From contig RPOR01000004.1 of the NCBI GenBank assembly GCA_003820645.1, positions 6,388 to 70,387 on the forward strand: DNA of 64,000 nt, written 5' to 3'. Shown here in pieces: positions 41,703 to 51,890 of the stretch. The stretch comes from Betaproteobacteria bacterium (GTDB lineage: Bacteria > Pseudomonadota > Gammaproteobacteria > Burkholderiales > SG8-41). Made by a program: the position numbers and the translations under genes. The number at the start of each line of letters is the position of its first letter. Position 1 is the first letter of the stretch. The notes beneath the pieces were generated by a model that was given only the letters and a program-made list of their open reading frames with translations, had not been told where the DNA came from and did not search any database.

Positions 41703-43106
41703 ATGGTGAATCCAGCCGCAGCCGCGCGTCGCGCGTTGCCATCGCTGGACCGCCTGCTCGGCAGCACGGCGGTGGCAGGGCTCATTGCGGCGCATGGCCG
41801 CAGCCGCGTAACCGAAGCCCTGCGCGCAGCACTCGAAGCCGAGCGCGCGCGGCTGGCCGCACCCGGGGCCGCCGCCTACGACGAAGCCCGTTTTCTGCAC
41901 GCCTGTGCCGGCGCACTGCACAGTTCCGCTGCACCGTCGCTGAAACCCGTATTCAATTTGACCGGCACCGTGCTGCACACCAACCTCGGTCGTGCCGTGA
42001 TGCCGCAGGTCGCGGCCGAGGCGGTGATGGCCGCAATGATCCGTCCGGTCAATCTCGAATTCGAGCTGGCGACCGGTGCCCGCGGCGAGCGCGACAGTCA
42101 TGTCGAACGCTGGCTGAAGCAGCTGACCGGCGGCGAGAAGGCCGTTGCCGTCAACAACAACGCTGCGGCCGTGTATCTCGCCCTGAACACGCTGGCCCTG
42201 CGCAAGGAAGTGCTGGTCTCGCGCGGCGAACTCATCGAAATCGGCGGCGCGTTCCGCATCCCCGACATCATGGCCCGTGCCGGAGCCAAACTGGTCGAGG
42301 TCGGCACCACCAACCGCACGCACCTGAAGGATTTCGCCGAGGCGATCACCCCGCGCACTGCGGCCATCATGAAGGTGCACACCAGCAATTACGTGGTGCA
42401 GGGCTTCACCGCCAGCGTGCCCGAACCGGAACTTGCCCGGCTTGCCCACGCGCACCAGTTGCCGTTCATCGTCGACCTGGGCAGCGGCACGCTGATCGAT
42501 CTCGAACACTACGGACTGCCGCACGAACCGACGCCGCGGGAAACGCTGGCGCACGGCGCCGATGTCGTCACCTTCAGCGGCGACAAGCTGCTCGGCGGAC
42601 CCCAGGCGGGATTGCTGGTCGGCCGCCGCGACCTGATGGCACGCATCGCCAAGAATCCGATGAAGCGCGCACTGCGCCTCGACAAACTGACGCTGACGGC
42701 GCTCGACGCAGTGCTGCGCCTCTACCTGCATCCGGAACGGCTGCACGAGGCGCTGCCGGCGCTGCGGATGCTGACCCGTGCCACCGACGAGATCGCTGCA
42801 CAGGCAGCGCGCCTCGCACCCCAGGTCGCCGCTGCACTGGGGGATGCCTGGCGCGTCGCAATCGTGCCCTGCAAAAGCCAGATCGGCAGCGGTGCGCTGC
42901 CGGTCGACGCGCTGCCCAGTGCCGGCCTGGCGATGACACCAGCCGCCAGGAAGAAAACCGATGTCGGTCCGCTCGCCGCGGCCTTCCGCGCGCTGCCGGT
43001 GCCGGTGATTGGCCATATCAAGGACGGCGCGTTGATCCTCGACCTGCGCTGCCTGGATCACGAGGATGAATTTGTCAGCCAGCTACAGGGGCTACGCCTC
43101 AAATAG
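41703..43106 (+). CDS. selA: L-seryl-tRNA(Sec) selenium transferase
   Basis: 467 aa. '[16 protein letters not shown]', '[19 protein letters not shown]' and '[17 protein letters not shown]' match SelA end to end. Confidence 0.9.
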   Translation: MVNPAAAARRALPSLDRLLGSTAVAGLIAAHGRSRVTEALRAALEAERARLAAPGAAAYDEARFLHACAGALHSSAAPSLKPVFNLTGTVLHTNLGRAVMPQVAAEAVMAAMIRPVNLEFELATGARGERDSHVERWLKQLTGGEKAVAVNNNAAAVYLALNTLALRKEVLVSRGELIEIGGAFRIPDIMARAGAKLVEVGTTNRTHLKDFAEAITPRTAAIMKVHTSNYVVQGFTASVPEPELARLAHAHQLPFIVDLGSGTLIDLEHYGLPHEPTPRETLAHGADVVTFSGDKLLGGPQAGLLVGRRDLMARIAKNPMKRALRLDKLTLTALDAVLRLYLHPERLHEALPALRMLTRATDEIAAQAARLAPQVAAALGDAWRVAIVPCKSQIGSGALPVDALPSAGLAMTPAARKKTDVGPLAAAFRALPVPVIGHIKDGALILDLRCLDHEDEFVSQLQGLRLK

Positions 43107-43184
43107 TCAGATGGTTTTCATAATGTCCCGCCAGATAAACAGCAGCCTTCAAAAAACTGGAGTACGCCCAAATGCAAGGCGCAC

Positions 43185-43235
43185 GAAATTTTGCGCAGTG
43201 CCGCATACTCGATGTATGCAAGCCAGCAAAATTTC
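43185..43235 (+). promoter_or_regulatory. nested inverted repeats in the selA-selB spacer
   Basis: GAAATTTTGC (43185-43194) pairs with GCAAAATTTC (43226-43235). These enclose GCATAC-tcgat-GTATGC (43203-43219). The spacer is 179 nt and comparatively AT-rich. Confidence 0.35.
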
Positions 43236-43285
43236 GGGCAACGCAGCAGTTGGGATGAAATCCGGCTTTTGGAAGGAATAACCGG

Positions 43286-45307
43286 ATGATCATTGCCACC
43301 GCAGGCCATATCGACCACGGCAAAACGCTGCTGGTCAAAACCCTGACCGGCACCGACACCGATCGCCTGCCCGAGGAAAAGGCGCGCGGCATCTCCATCG
43401 ACCTCGGTTTCGCCTATCTGCCGCTCGACGGCGGCGGCCTGATCGGCTTCGTCGACGTGCCCGGCCACGAGCGCTTCATCCGCAACATGCTGGCCGGCGT
43501 ATCGGGCATCGATTTCGCGCTGCTGATCGTCGCCGCCGACGACGGGGTGATGCCGCAGACCATCGAGCACCTGCAGATCCTCGACCTGCTGCATGTGGCC
43601 CGCGGCACTGCGGTGATCACCAAGATCGACCGCGTCGATCCGGCACGCATCGATGAAGTGCGCGCCCAGGTGCAGGCACTGCTGGCGCCGACCACGCTGG
43701 CCGGCGCGACCATCCATCCGGTATCGGCGGTGAGCGGCGCCGGCATGGCCGAATTGAAAACGCTGCTGCTGGACGCCGCCACCGCGCAGCACCGGCGCCG
43801 TGCCGAAGGCCAGCACCTGCGCTACGCAATCGACCGTGCCTTCAGCATTGCCGGCAGCGGCACCGTGGTCACCGGCACGGTATTCAACGGCACGGTGCAT
43901 ACCGGCGACAAGCTGGTGATCTCGCCCGCCGGGCGGGAAGTGCGGGTGCGGGGCATCCAGATTCACGGCAAAGCTGCGGAACAGGCGCGCGCCGGTGAAC
44001 GCTGCGCACTGAACCTGACCGGCGCCGATGTCGAAGCGGTGCGCCGCGGCGACTGGGTCATGGCCGCCGCGATCCACCGCCCGACGCGCCGGCTCGACGT
44101 ACGCCTGAGCGTGCTGCCGGGAGAGGCCCGTGCACTGAAACACTGGACGCCGGTGCACCTGCACCTCGCCACCGCCGATGTCACCGCGCGCGTATCGCTG
44201 CGGCGCGGCGACGCGCTGGCGCCGGGCAGCGGCGGCATCGCCCAACTGGTACTCGATGAACCTGTGGCGGCACTGCACGGCGACCGCTTCATCCTGCGCG
44301 ACCAGTCCTCCACGCGCACCCTCGGCGGCGGCAGCATCATCGATCCGCTGCCGCCCACCGCCCGCCGCAGCAAGGCGCGCGATGCGGAGCTCGCTGCGCT
44401 CGAGGCCGCAGACCCGGACACGGCGCTCGCCGCATTGTCGGCCAACGACAAACGCCCGCTCGATCCGGCCCATTTCGAAGCCATTTTCAACGTGCTGCCC
44501 GAAGTGGCCGGTGCCGCCTATGCCAAAGCCGGGCTGGTGCCGCTGGGCAAGGACCGCCAGATCGCCATCCGCCAGCAGCGGCTCGATGCGCTGCGGGCGA
44601 CGATCACGAGCAAAGTCCAGGCCTTTCACCAGGCACACCCGCAGGCGCCGGGCATGGACGTCGAAGCCTTGCGCACCGCACTCGCGCCCGAGCTCGATGC
44701 CGACGCCTTCGGCCATGTGCTGCGCCTGCTCGCCGACCAGCGCGTCATCGAGATCCACAGTTCGCTGGTGCGCAAGCGGGGACATGACACCACCGCCAAC
44801 AGCGCCGATGCACAGCTGTGGGAACTGGTACAGCCGGCACTGGCTGCCGCCGGCTTCAATCCGCCGCCACTGCGCGAACTCGCGCCGCAGCTGAAACTGA
44901 AAGATGCAATCCTCAAGGATTTCGTCTACCGCCAGATGAAGGCCGGCAAGCTCTACCGCGTCGGCGCCGAACGTTTCTATCCGAAGCCGACCATGGCCAC
45001 GCTCGCAGCAACCGCCCACGCCACCGCGGCACAACAGCCCAACGGTCTGTTCACCGCAGCACAATACCGCGATGCCACCGGCATCGGCCGCACGCTCGCG
45101 ATTGAAATCCTCGACACGCTGGACGGTCTGACCGTCACCCAGCGTGTGGGCGACCAGCGCAAGATGCGCAAGGATTTCGTACCCATCCTCGGCGCCGCCG
45201 AACCCGCGCCACCGCCTGTCCCCGGGACCGCCGCCAAAGCGCAGCCGCAGAAGGCCGCGGCGCAAAAGCCGCAGCAACGCCCACCGTTTCGCAACAAACG
45301 TTACTGA
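43286..45307 (+). CDS. selB: selenocysteine-specific translation elongation factor
   Basis: '[44 protein letters not shown]...VDVPGHERF' is a G-domain identical in layout to SelB. Winged-helix C-terminal domains follow, then about 45 aa of Pro/Ala/Gln/Lys-rich tail. Confidence 0.9.
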   Translation: MIIATAGHIDHGKTLLVKTLTGTDTDRLPEEKARGISIDLGFAYLPLDGGGLIGFVDVPGHERFIRNMLAGVSGIDFALLIVAADDGVMPQTIEHLQILDLLHVARGTAVITKIDRVDPARIDEVRAQVQALLAPTTLAGATIHPVSAVSGAGMAELKTLLLDAATAQHRRRAEGQHLRYAIDRAFSIAGSGTVVTGTVFNGTVHTGDKLVISPAGREVRVRGIQIHGKAAEQARAGERCALNLTGADVEAVRRGDWVMAAAIHRPTRRLDVRLSVLPGEARALKHWTPVHLHLATADVTARVSLRRGDALAPGSGGIAQLVLDEPVAALHGDRFILRDQSSTRTLGGGSIIDPLPPTARRSKARDAELAALEAADPDTALAALSANDKRPLDPAHFEAIFNVLPEVAGAAYAKAGLVPLGKDRQIAIRQQRLDALRATITSKVQAFHQAHPQAPGMDVEALRTALAPELDADAFGHVLRLLADQRVIEIHSSLVRKRGHDTTANSADAQLWELVQPALAAAGFNPPPLRELAPQLKLKDAILKDFVYRQMKAGKLYRVGAERFYPKPTMATLAATAHATAAQQPNGLFTAAQYRDATGIGRTLAIEILDTLDGLTVTQRVGDQRKMRKDFVPILGAAEPAPPPVPGTAAKAQPQKAAAQKPQQRPPFRNKRY

Positions 45308-45316
45308 GAGCACTTC

Positions 45317-46225
45317 ATGTCCACTACTGCATTTGACGTCATCATCATCGGCGAAGGCATCGCCGGCCTCACCGCCGCGGGCGCACTGGCGAAACACGGC
45401 CTGAGCGCCGCTACATTCGAACAACAGATCTTCGGCGGCCTGGTCCTCAACATCAACGAACTTGATCCCGCACCGCCCGGCGGCGAAGCCGGCGGCGCCG
45501 CGTTCGCCGCCGAAATGACCCAGGCCAATGCCGAGGCCGGCGTCACCAGCATCCAGGAACCGGTCACCGCCGTTGCCGCGGCAGACGGCGGCTTCGGCGT
45601 GACCACCGAGGGCGGCGGCTACCGCGCGCGCCAGGTCATCGTCGCCAGCGGCGCCAGACTGAAAATGCTCGGCGTGCCCGGCGAAACCGAATTCGAAGGC
45701 CGCGGCGTGTCGAAATGCGCCGATTGCGACGGCCCGATGTTCCAGAACGAAACCGTCGCCGTGATCGGCGGCGGTGATTCCGCGCTGCAGGAAGCACAGG
45801 TGCTCACGCATTACTGCGGCAAGGTGCTCCTGATCCATCGCGGCGCGGCGTTCCGCGCGCAGCAGCGCTTCATCGACCGGGTCCAGGCCAACGAAAAAAT
45901 CGAATCCCGCTTCGGTACCACCGTTGAAGCCATCGTCGGCGGCCAGATGGTCGAAAAGCTGCGCCTGCGCAGTGCTGCCGGCACCGAAGAAATCCCCTGC
46001 GCCGGCGTGTTCGCCTACATCGGCCTCGAACCCAACACCGGTTTCCTGCCCGCGGGCGTGCAGTGCGATGCGCGCGGCTTCATCACCGCCGGCGACACGC
46101 TGGAAACCGCCGTCAGCGGGCTGTGGGCCGTTGGCGCGGTGCGCAGCGGCTGCGGCGGCAGCCTCGCCGATGCAATGGCCGAAGCCAGGCGCGCCGCGGA
46201 CGCGGTCGCCGCACGCTTGAAATAA
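45317..46225 (+). CDS. thioredoxin-reductase-like FAD/NAD(P)-dependent disulfide oxidoreductase
   Basis: 'DVIIIGEGIAGLTAA' and 'GRGVSKCADCDGPMFQNETVAVIGGGDSALQEA' parallel E. coli TrxB '[33 protein letters not shown]'. It starts 9 nt after the selB stop. Confidence 0.8.
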   Translation: MSTTAFDVIIIGEGIAGLTAAGALAKHGLSAATFEQQIFGGLVLNINELDPAPPGGEAGGAAFAAEMTQANAEAGVTSIQEPVTAVAAADGGFGVTTEGGGYRARQVIVASGARLKMLGVPGETEFEGRGVSKCADCDGPMFQNETVAVIGGGDSALQEAQVLTHYCGKVLLIHRGAAFRAQQRFIDRVQANEKIESRFGTTVEAIVGGQMVEKLRLRSAAGTEEIPCAGVFAYIGLEPNTGFLPAGVQCDARGFITAGDTLETAVSGLWAVGAVRSGCGGSLADAMAEARRAADAVAARLK

Positions 46226-46241
46226 CTCAGCCGGCTGCAGC

Positions 46242-46802
46242 TCAGGTTTTGCGCGGCGCGCCGACTTCGAGCCGCGCCCAGCCCGCGCGGCCGATGCGCC
46301 GCAGCGTCTCGATGTTGTCGCGGTAAATGCGTTCGGTATCGGGGTGCGCAGCCACGGCGCGCTCGATGCTCGATTCGCGCAGCAGGTGCAGCGTCGGATA
46401 CGGCGAACGGTTGGTGCAGTTGGTGACGTCGTCGGGCTCGGTATCGGCAAACCGGTACTGCGGGTGAAAACTCGCCACCTGCAGCACACCTTCGTAACCG
46501 AGGTCCGCGACCAGCGCGTCAGCAATTTCGAGGAAATCGTTGTAATCCAGAAAGTCACCCAGCACCTGCGGATGGATCAGCAGCGTTGTTTCGGTTTCAT
46601 GCTCAGGAGCTGTTGCCAGCAGCTGCAGCTCCGCGGCAAGCACTTCTAGCAGTGCTTCCGGCGTCGCCGCATCGCTGACCACGTAGCGAATGCGCTCCCC
46701 GGCGTATACTGCGCGCGCAAACGGACACAGGTTGAGCCCGATCACGGCATTGACCAGCCAGTTCCGGGTCGCGGCAAGCACTTCATCTGCAGACGCTGTC
46801 AT
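46242..46802 (-). CDS. DUF1415 family protein
   Basis: 'LNLCPFARAV', 'VASFHPQYRF' and 'TNRSPYPTLHLLRE' are DUF1415 signatures. Start taken at MTASADEV. Confidence 0.7.
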   Translation of the reverse strand: MTASADEVLAATRNWLVNAVIGLNLCPFARAVYAGERIRYVVSDAATPEALLEVLAAELQLLATAPEHETETTLLIHPQVLGDFLDYNDFLEIADALVADLGYEGVLQVASFHPQYRFADTEPDDVTNCTNRSPYPTLHLLRESSIERAVAAHPDTERIYRDNIETLRRIGRAGWARLEVGAPRKT

Positions 46803-46839
46803 TTCAACGCTTTCGTCACCGCAACACGGTAACCAGTTC

Positions 46840-47391
46840 ATGGCGCTCAACGCAACCATCTTCAAGATCGACCTGACCATCACCGACATGGACCGTGGTT
46901 ACTACGCCACCCATGCAGTGGTACTGGCCCGCCATCCGTCGGAAACCGACGAGCGCATGATGGTACGGCTGCTCGCCTTCGCGCTCAATGCCGACGCAGC
47001 GCTGACTTTCGGCAAGGGCCTGAGCAGCGACGACGAACCGGACCTCTGGCAGAAAGACCTCACCGGGTCGATCCAGCTGTGGATCGATGTCGGATTGCCG
47101 GACGAGAAATCGGTGCGCCGGGCCTGTGGCCGCGCGGCACAGGTGCGCATCTACACCTACGGCGGTTTCATCGCCGAACGCTGGTGGCAGCAAGTGCAGG
47201 CCAACCTTGCGCGCCCCGACAATCTGACGGTGATCGACCTGCCGCAGGCGGCCACGCGCAGCATGGCCGCGCTCGCACAGCGCACGCTGCAGCTGCAGTG
47301 CACGATCCAGGACGGCACCGCCTGGCTGACCGACGGCGACGACACTGTGGAGATCACGCCGGTCGTGCGCCACGCCGCCCGCAAGCGATAA
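46840..47391 (+). CDS. yaeQ: YaeQ family protein
   Basis: 'MALNATIFKIDLTITDMDRGYYATHAVVLARHPSETDERMMVRLLAFAL' is the canonical YaeQ N-terminus. Confidence 0.8.
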   Translation: MALNATIFKIDLTITDMDRGYYATHAVVLARHPSETDERMMVRLLAFALNADAALTFGKGLSSDDEPDLWQKDLTGSIQLWIDVGLPDEKSVRRACGRAAQVRIYTYGGFIAERWWQQVQANLARPDNLTVIDLPQAATRSMAALAQRTLQLQCTIQDGTAWLTDGDDTVEITPVVRHAARKR

Positions 47392-47440
47392 AAAAACCGC
47401 CGGTCGGCGCCGGCGGTTGATGGTCGCGGTTGCGCGGCCG

Positions 47441-48430
47441 CTACTTCTTCAGGCCCTTGGCCATGCCCAGATCGGTGAGGATTTCGGTGTAGATCTTCTC
47501 TTCCGCATCGAGATCCTTCCTGAACGTCGCGGAGTCGGCATAGGCATCGAACCAGCCGTGTTTTTCGAGCTGCTGCTTCCAGGCGTCGGTCTTCACCATC
47601 TGGCCCAGCGCCTTGTCCCAGTAGGCGATCACGTCCTTCGAAATACCCGGCGGCGCAAACACGCCGCGCCAGTGCAGGATCGCGACGTCGATGCCCAGCG
47701 AGCGCCAGGTCGGCACCTTGGCGAGGTCACCGGGCAGTGGCTGCGGTGCCGAGACCGCGATCACCCGCGCCTTGCCCGCCTTGACCTGTTCGATGGCCTC
47801 CGACAGGCCGGTCGAAATTACCGGCACGTGGCCGCCGAGCAGCTGGATCATCAGATCACCGCCGCTCTTGAACGACACCACCTTGATTTTTTTCGGATCG
47901 ATGCCCGAAGCCATCACCGGACGCAGGATGTTCATCTGGTCGTTGCTCGGCACCGTGCCGACGCCGAACGGCACCGACTCCGGATTCTGCTTTAGCTTGT
48001 CGAAAATATCCTGCGGTGACTTGAACGGCGAATCAGCGCGCACCACCCAGGCCACGTATTCGGTGATCAACCGGCCGATTGGCGTCACGTCCTTGTGCGT
48101 CAGCGGCGTGGTGCCGACGATGCGATTGACATAAATGCGGTTCGACTCGACGTACAGGACATGGCCGTCGCCTTTTTTCTGGTTGACCTGGGTGCGCGCG
48201 ACGTTGCCGCCCGCGCCGCCGACATTCTTGATGACAAAGGTCTGCGGAAACAGCTTGGCCTCGCGCAACGCCGTTTCCATCGCCCGCCCCGTCAGGTCCA
48301 GGCCGCCACCGGCGTTGCCCGCCACCACCATTTCGACCGGTTTGTCCGGATAGCCCGCGGCCATCGCCGGAGCGGTCATCATGGCCAGCACACCGGCGAA
48401 GCCGATGGCCAACCCGCGTAATGTAGTCAT
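47441..48430 (-). CDS. Bug/TctC-family tripartite tricarboxylate transporter substrate-binding protein
   Basis: 329 aa. Signal peptide, then 'YPDKPVEMVVAGNAGGGLD'. Bug-family layout. Confidence 0.85.
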   Translation of the reverse strand: MTTLRGLAIGFAGVLAMMTAPAMAAGYPDKPVEMVVAGNAGGGLDLTGRAMETALREAKLFPQTFVIKNVGGAGGNVARTQVNQKKGDGHVLYVESNRIYVNRIVGTTPLTHKDVTPIGRLITEYVAWVVRADSPFKSPQDIFDKLKQNPESVPFGVGTVPSNDQMNILRPVMASGIDPKKIKVVSFKSGGDLMIQLLGGHVPVISTGLSEAIEQVKAGKARVIAVSAPQPLPGDLAKVPTWRSLGIDVAILHWRGVFAPPGISKDVIAYWDKALGQMVKTDAWKQQLEKHGWFDAYADSATFRKDLDAEEKIYTEILTDLGMAKGLKK

Positions 48431-48585
48431 TGCATCCTCCTGTTCCTGTTATTGATTGGGTTTGTCAGTGCGCCGAAAGTATAACGCGGCATACCCCATC
48501 CGCCGCGATGCCACCACAGTCTGGAACACCCTTACGCGCATGCACCGCCGGGCTTTACAATGGCGCCTCGCAACAGCAGTACAAC

Positions 48586-48680
48586 GGAAGGGAATCGCTC
48601 CCGGTGGGGCGGCCGGACTTCAAACCCGGTAGGGGCCGCGAGCGGTCCTGTGTGGGTTCGACTCCCACTCTCTTCCGCCA
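48586..48680 (+). tRNA. selC: tRNA-Sec (anticodon UCA)
   Basis: 95 nt: GGAAGGGAATCGCTCCCGGTGGGGCGGCCGGACTTCAAACCCGG...GGTTCGACTCCCACTCTCTTCCGCCA. It is near-collinear with E. coli selC. It has an 8-bp acceptor stem (one G-U pair), anticodon TCA at 48620-48622, a long variable arm and an encoded CCA. Confidence 0.9.
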
Positions 48681-48732
48681 TCATTCCGTCCGGTCCGCCA
48701 CGCAGCGACCGGCGCCGCAGAGGAGCAGCGCG

Positions 48733-50118
48733 ATGAGTTTCGCCACAGAAATATCTAATAAAATCAATGAGTTACAATATAGCGTTCTGCCAGCCGATGC
48801 CGTGCACTGGGCCAAGGTCGGCATCCTCGACACCGTCGGCGTAACCATCGCCGGCGCCGCCGAAGACGCCACACGTATCGTGCTCGGCGTATCCGGTTCG
48901 AGCAGCGGTCCGTCGCTGGTGTTCGGCCACGCGCGGCGCGTCGGCGCACTCGACGCCGCGCTGGTCAACGGCACCGCCTCGCACGCGCTCGATTTCGACG
49001 ACTGCAACAACACGCTGGGCGGCCATCCCTCGGTGCCCATCCTGCCCGCGCTGTTCGCGCTCGCCGATGAAACCGGCGCGACGGGCAAAGACTTCATCGC
49101 CGCCTACGTCGCCGGCTTCGAGACGGAATGCAAACTGTCGATGGTGGTGAACTTCCACCAGTACACCAAAGGCTGGCACCCGACGACGACCATCGGCGTG
49201 TTCGGCAGTGCGGCGGCGTGCGCGCACCTGCTGAAACTGTCGGTTGAAAAAACCGCCACCGCGCTGTCGATCGCGGCTTCGCTCGCCGCCGGCGTCAAAT
49301 CGAATTTCGGCACCATGACCAAACCGCTGCACGTCGGCCACTGCGCGAGGAGCGGCCTGTTCGCCGCGCTGCTCGCGCGCGACGGCTTCACCGCCGGCGC
49401 CACGGCGTTTGAGCACAAGCAGGGTTATTTCGAGGTGTTCAACGGCACCGGCAACTACGACGCCACAAAAGCCATCCCGGCGTGGGCCAATCCGCTGGAC
49501 ATCACCCGCCCCGGCATCGCCATCAAGTCGTATCCCTGCTGCGGCAGCACCCACCCGGCGATCGACTGCATGCTGGAACTGGTACAAAAGCACGACCTCA
49601 AGCCCGAGCAGGTCGCGCGCATCGATTCCTGGACCCACCCCCGCCGGCTCGAGCACACCAACCGCCCGGACCCGCAGTCCAATCTCGATGCCAAGTTCAG
49701 CGTGCAGTACACGCTGGCGCGCGCGCTGAAGGACCGCACCGTCAAGCTTGAACACTTCGAAGGCGACAACTGGAAAGACCCGGCGACGCGCGCCATCCTG
49801 CCGAAAATCCACGTCGCGACCTACACCACCGCGCAGTTCCCCGCCGACAACCACTTCGGCGCCGAAGTGAAGGTCACGCTGACCGACGGCCGCGTCGTCG
49901 GCACCAAGACCGACCAGGCACTGGGCCGTACCGTCGACAAGCCGCTGCCCGCCGACCGGCTCAAGGACAAGTTCGACAACTGCGCCGCGCGTGCATTGTC
50001 AGCGGACAACGTGGCGCGGCTTTACGCGGCGATACAGGATTTCGAGAACGCGAACGACGTGCGGGAGATTGCGGCGCTGGCAGCGGGACGGGGTGGGCCG
50101 CAGCGCGTCGCTGCGTAA
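48733..50118 (+). CDS. MmgE/PrpD family protein (paralog 1)
   Basis: 461 aa from ATG 48733, preceded by AGGAG. 'ASHALDFDD' and the general 2-methylcitrate-dehydratase-family layout. Confidence 0.85.
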   Translation: MSFATEISNKINELQYSVLPADAVHWAKVGILDTVGVTIAGAAEDATRIVLGVSGSSSGPSLVFGHARRVGALDAALVNGTASHALDFDDCNNTLGGHPSVPILPALFALADETGATGKDFIAAYVAGFETECKLSMVVNFHQYTKGWHPTTTIGVFGSAAACAHLLKLSVEKTATALSIAASLAAGVKSNFGTMTKPLHVGHCARSGLFAALLARDGFTAGATAFEHKQGYFEVFNGTGNYDATKAIPAWANPLDITRPGIAIKSYPCCGSTHPAIDCMLELVQKHDLKPEQVARIDSWTHPRRLEHTNRPDPQSNLDAKFSVQYTLARALKDRTVKLEHFEGDNWKDPATRAILPKIHVATYTTAQFPADNHFGAEVKVTLTDGRVVGTKTDQALGRTVDKPLPADRLKDKFDNCAARALSADNVARLYAAIQDFENANDVREIAALAAGRGGPQRVAA

Positions 50119-50401
50119 TCACCGACGCCATCTCGCGAATCTGCACGATCAGTGGGCCATGCAGTGCCACCGGCTGCGGTCATCCCCTTGCTCAGTCGAT
50201 CCTGATACCCGGCAGCTTTACGCACGGGTCGCCTCCTGCGGAAAATCTGCGTTGCGCCCAACCGGCATATCATTGCTGTCCAGGCGCGACTCGCGCTGCG
50301 GATTCCGCATTGCGTTACCTTGACACTGGTATGCGCTGCGCTCTAAATTCGCCACTCCTGCAGTGTGTCCAATTCCTCCCGATTTCCCGAAAGTCCAGAA
50401 A

Positions 50402-51883
50402 ATGAACAGCTTTGACGTAATCGTCGTCGGCAAGGGCAATGCCGCGCTGTGCGCCGCCCTGGCGGCCCATGACCAGGGCGCGCGCGTCGCCGTGCTCGAA
50501 GCCGCCAACGAGGACGAATCCGGCGGCAACAGCCGCTTCGCCGGCGGCGTGATGCGTTTCGCCTACGAGACCGTGGAAGACCTGACCAAGGTCACCGACA
50601 TCACGCCGCAGGAAATCGCCGAGACCGACTTCGGCACCAACACCCGCGAGGAATTCCTCGACAAGATCTACCAGCTCACCGCCTACCGTACCGACCCCGA
50701 CCTGTCGGAATACCTGGTCAACGAAAGCCTGCCGACGATGATCTGGCTGCGCGCGAAGGGCGTGAAGTTCGTGCCCAACTGGGGCCGCCAGTCGGCGGTG
50801 GTCGACGGCAAGCGCCGCTTCTTCGGCAACATGCCGATCGAGGCCCATGGCGGCGGTGCCGGGCTGGTGCAGTACCTCGACAAGGCCGTGCAGAAAGCCG
50901 GCATCCCGGTGTACTACGAGACCCGCGCGATCAGCCTGATCTACGACGGCGCGACCGTCAGCGGCGTGCGCGTGCGCCAGAAGGGCAAGGCTTTCGACAT
51001 GGTAGCGAAATCCGTCGTGCTCGCCTGCGGCGGTTTCGAGGCCAATCCGGAAATGCGTGCACGCTACCTCGGGCCGGGCTGGGAACTGGCGAAGGTGCGC
51101 GGCACGCGCTTCAACGTCGGCGACGGCCTGAAAATGGCGCTCGACATCGGCGCCGCGCCCTACGGCAACTGGTCGGGCTGCCACGCTACCGGCTGGGACC
51201 GCTACGCGCCGGAATTCGGCGACGTCAGCGTCGGCGACCAGTTCCAGAAGCACAGCTACATCTTCGGCCTGCTGATCAATGCCGACGGCAAGCGTTTCGT
51301 CGACGAAGGCTACGATTTTCACTCCTTCACCTACGCCAAGTACGGCGGGGAAGTGCTGAAACAGCCCGGCCAGTTCGCCTGGCAGGTGTTCGACTCCAAG
51401 GTCACCAAGCTGCTGCGCTCCGAGTACCGCATCAAGTTCGTCACCAAGGTCAGCGCCAACACGCTGGAGGAACTGGCGACCAAGCTCGAAGGCGTCAACC
51501 CCCAGGGTTTCCTCAAGACCGTGCGCGACTACAACAACGCGGTGATGAAGGATGTGCCCTTCAACCACGTGATCAAGGACGGCAAGGGCACCGTCGGCAT
51601 CGAGCCGCCGAAGTCGAACTGGGCGCAGCCGCTGGACACCCCGCCCTACGACGCCTATGCCACCACCTGCGGCATCACCTTCACCTTCGGCGGGCTGCGC
51701 ATCGACAAGGACACCGCGCAGGTTGTCGATTCCAACCAGTTGCCGATCCCCGGCCTGTACTGCGCCGGCGAAATGGTCGGTGGCCTGTTCTATTTCAACT
51801 ACGCCAGCGGCACGGGTCTGGTCTCGGGTGCGGTGTTCGGCAAGCTCGCTGGCACTTCCGCCGGGCAGCACGCCAAAGCCTAG
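50402..51883 (+). CDS. tcuA: FAD-dependent tricarballylate dehydrogenase-like flavoprotein
   Basis: 'FDVIVVGKGNAALCAALAAHDQGARVAVLEAANEDESGGNSRFAGG' and the C-terminal 'GLYCAGEMVGGLFYFNY' match the TcuA/fumarate-reductase flavoprotein class. Confidence 0.8.
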   Translation: MNSFDVIVVGKGNAALCAALAAHDQGARVAVLEAANEDESGGNSRFAGGVMRFAYETVEDLTKVTDITPQEIAETDFGTNTREEFLDKIYQLTAYRTDPDLSEYLVNESLPTMIWLRAKGVKFVPNWGRQSAVVDGKRRFFGNMPIEAHGGGAGLVQYLDKAVQKAGIPVYYETRAISLIYDGATVSGVRVRQKGKAFDMVAKSVVLACGGFEANPEMRARYLGPGWELAKVRGTRFNVGDGLKMALDIGAAPYGNWSGCHATGWDRYAPEFGDVSVGDQFQKHSYIFGLLINADGKRFVDEGYDFHSFTYAKYGGEVLKQPGQFAWQVFDSKVTKLLRSEYRIKFVTKVSANTLEELATKLEGVNPQGFLKTVRDYNNAVMKDVPFNHVIKDGKGTVGIEPPKSNWAQPLDTPPYDAYATTCGITFTFGGLRIDKDTAQVVDSNQLPIPGLYCAGEMVGGLFYFNYASGTGLVSGAVFGKLAGTSAGQHAKA

Positions 51884-51890
51884 GCCGCGC

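Noticed and set aside
43118-46558. 1146-aa ORF on the minus strand, the longest in the window
   Set aside because: It is exactly antisense to selB and the TrxR-like gene, both of which have unmistakable family signatures. Its translation is Ala/Gly/Arg-rich low complexity, which is typical of shadow ORFs in high-GC DNA.
48430-48732. First 101 codons of the tracked 562-aa ORF
   Set aside because: This stretch contains the tRNA-Sec gene. The PrpD-family homology and an AGGAG RBS begin at 48733.
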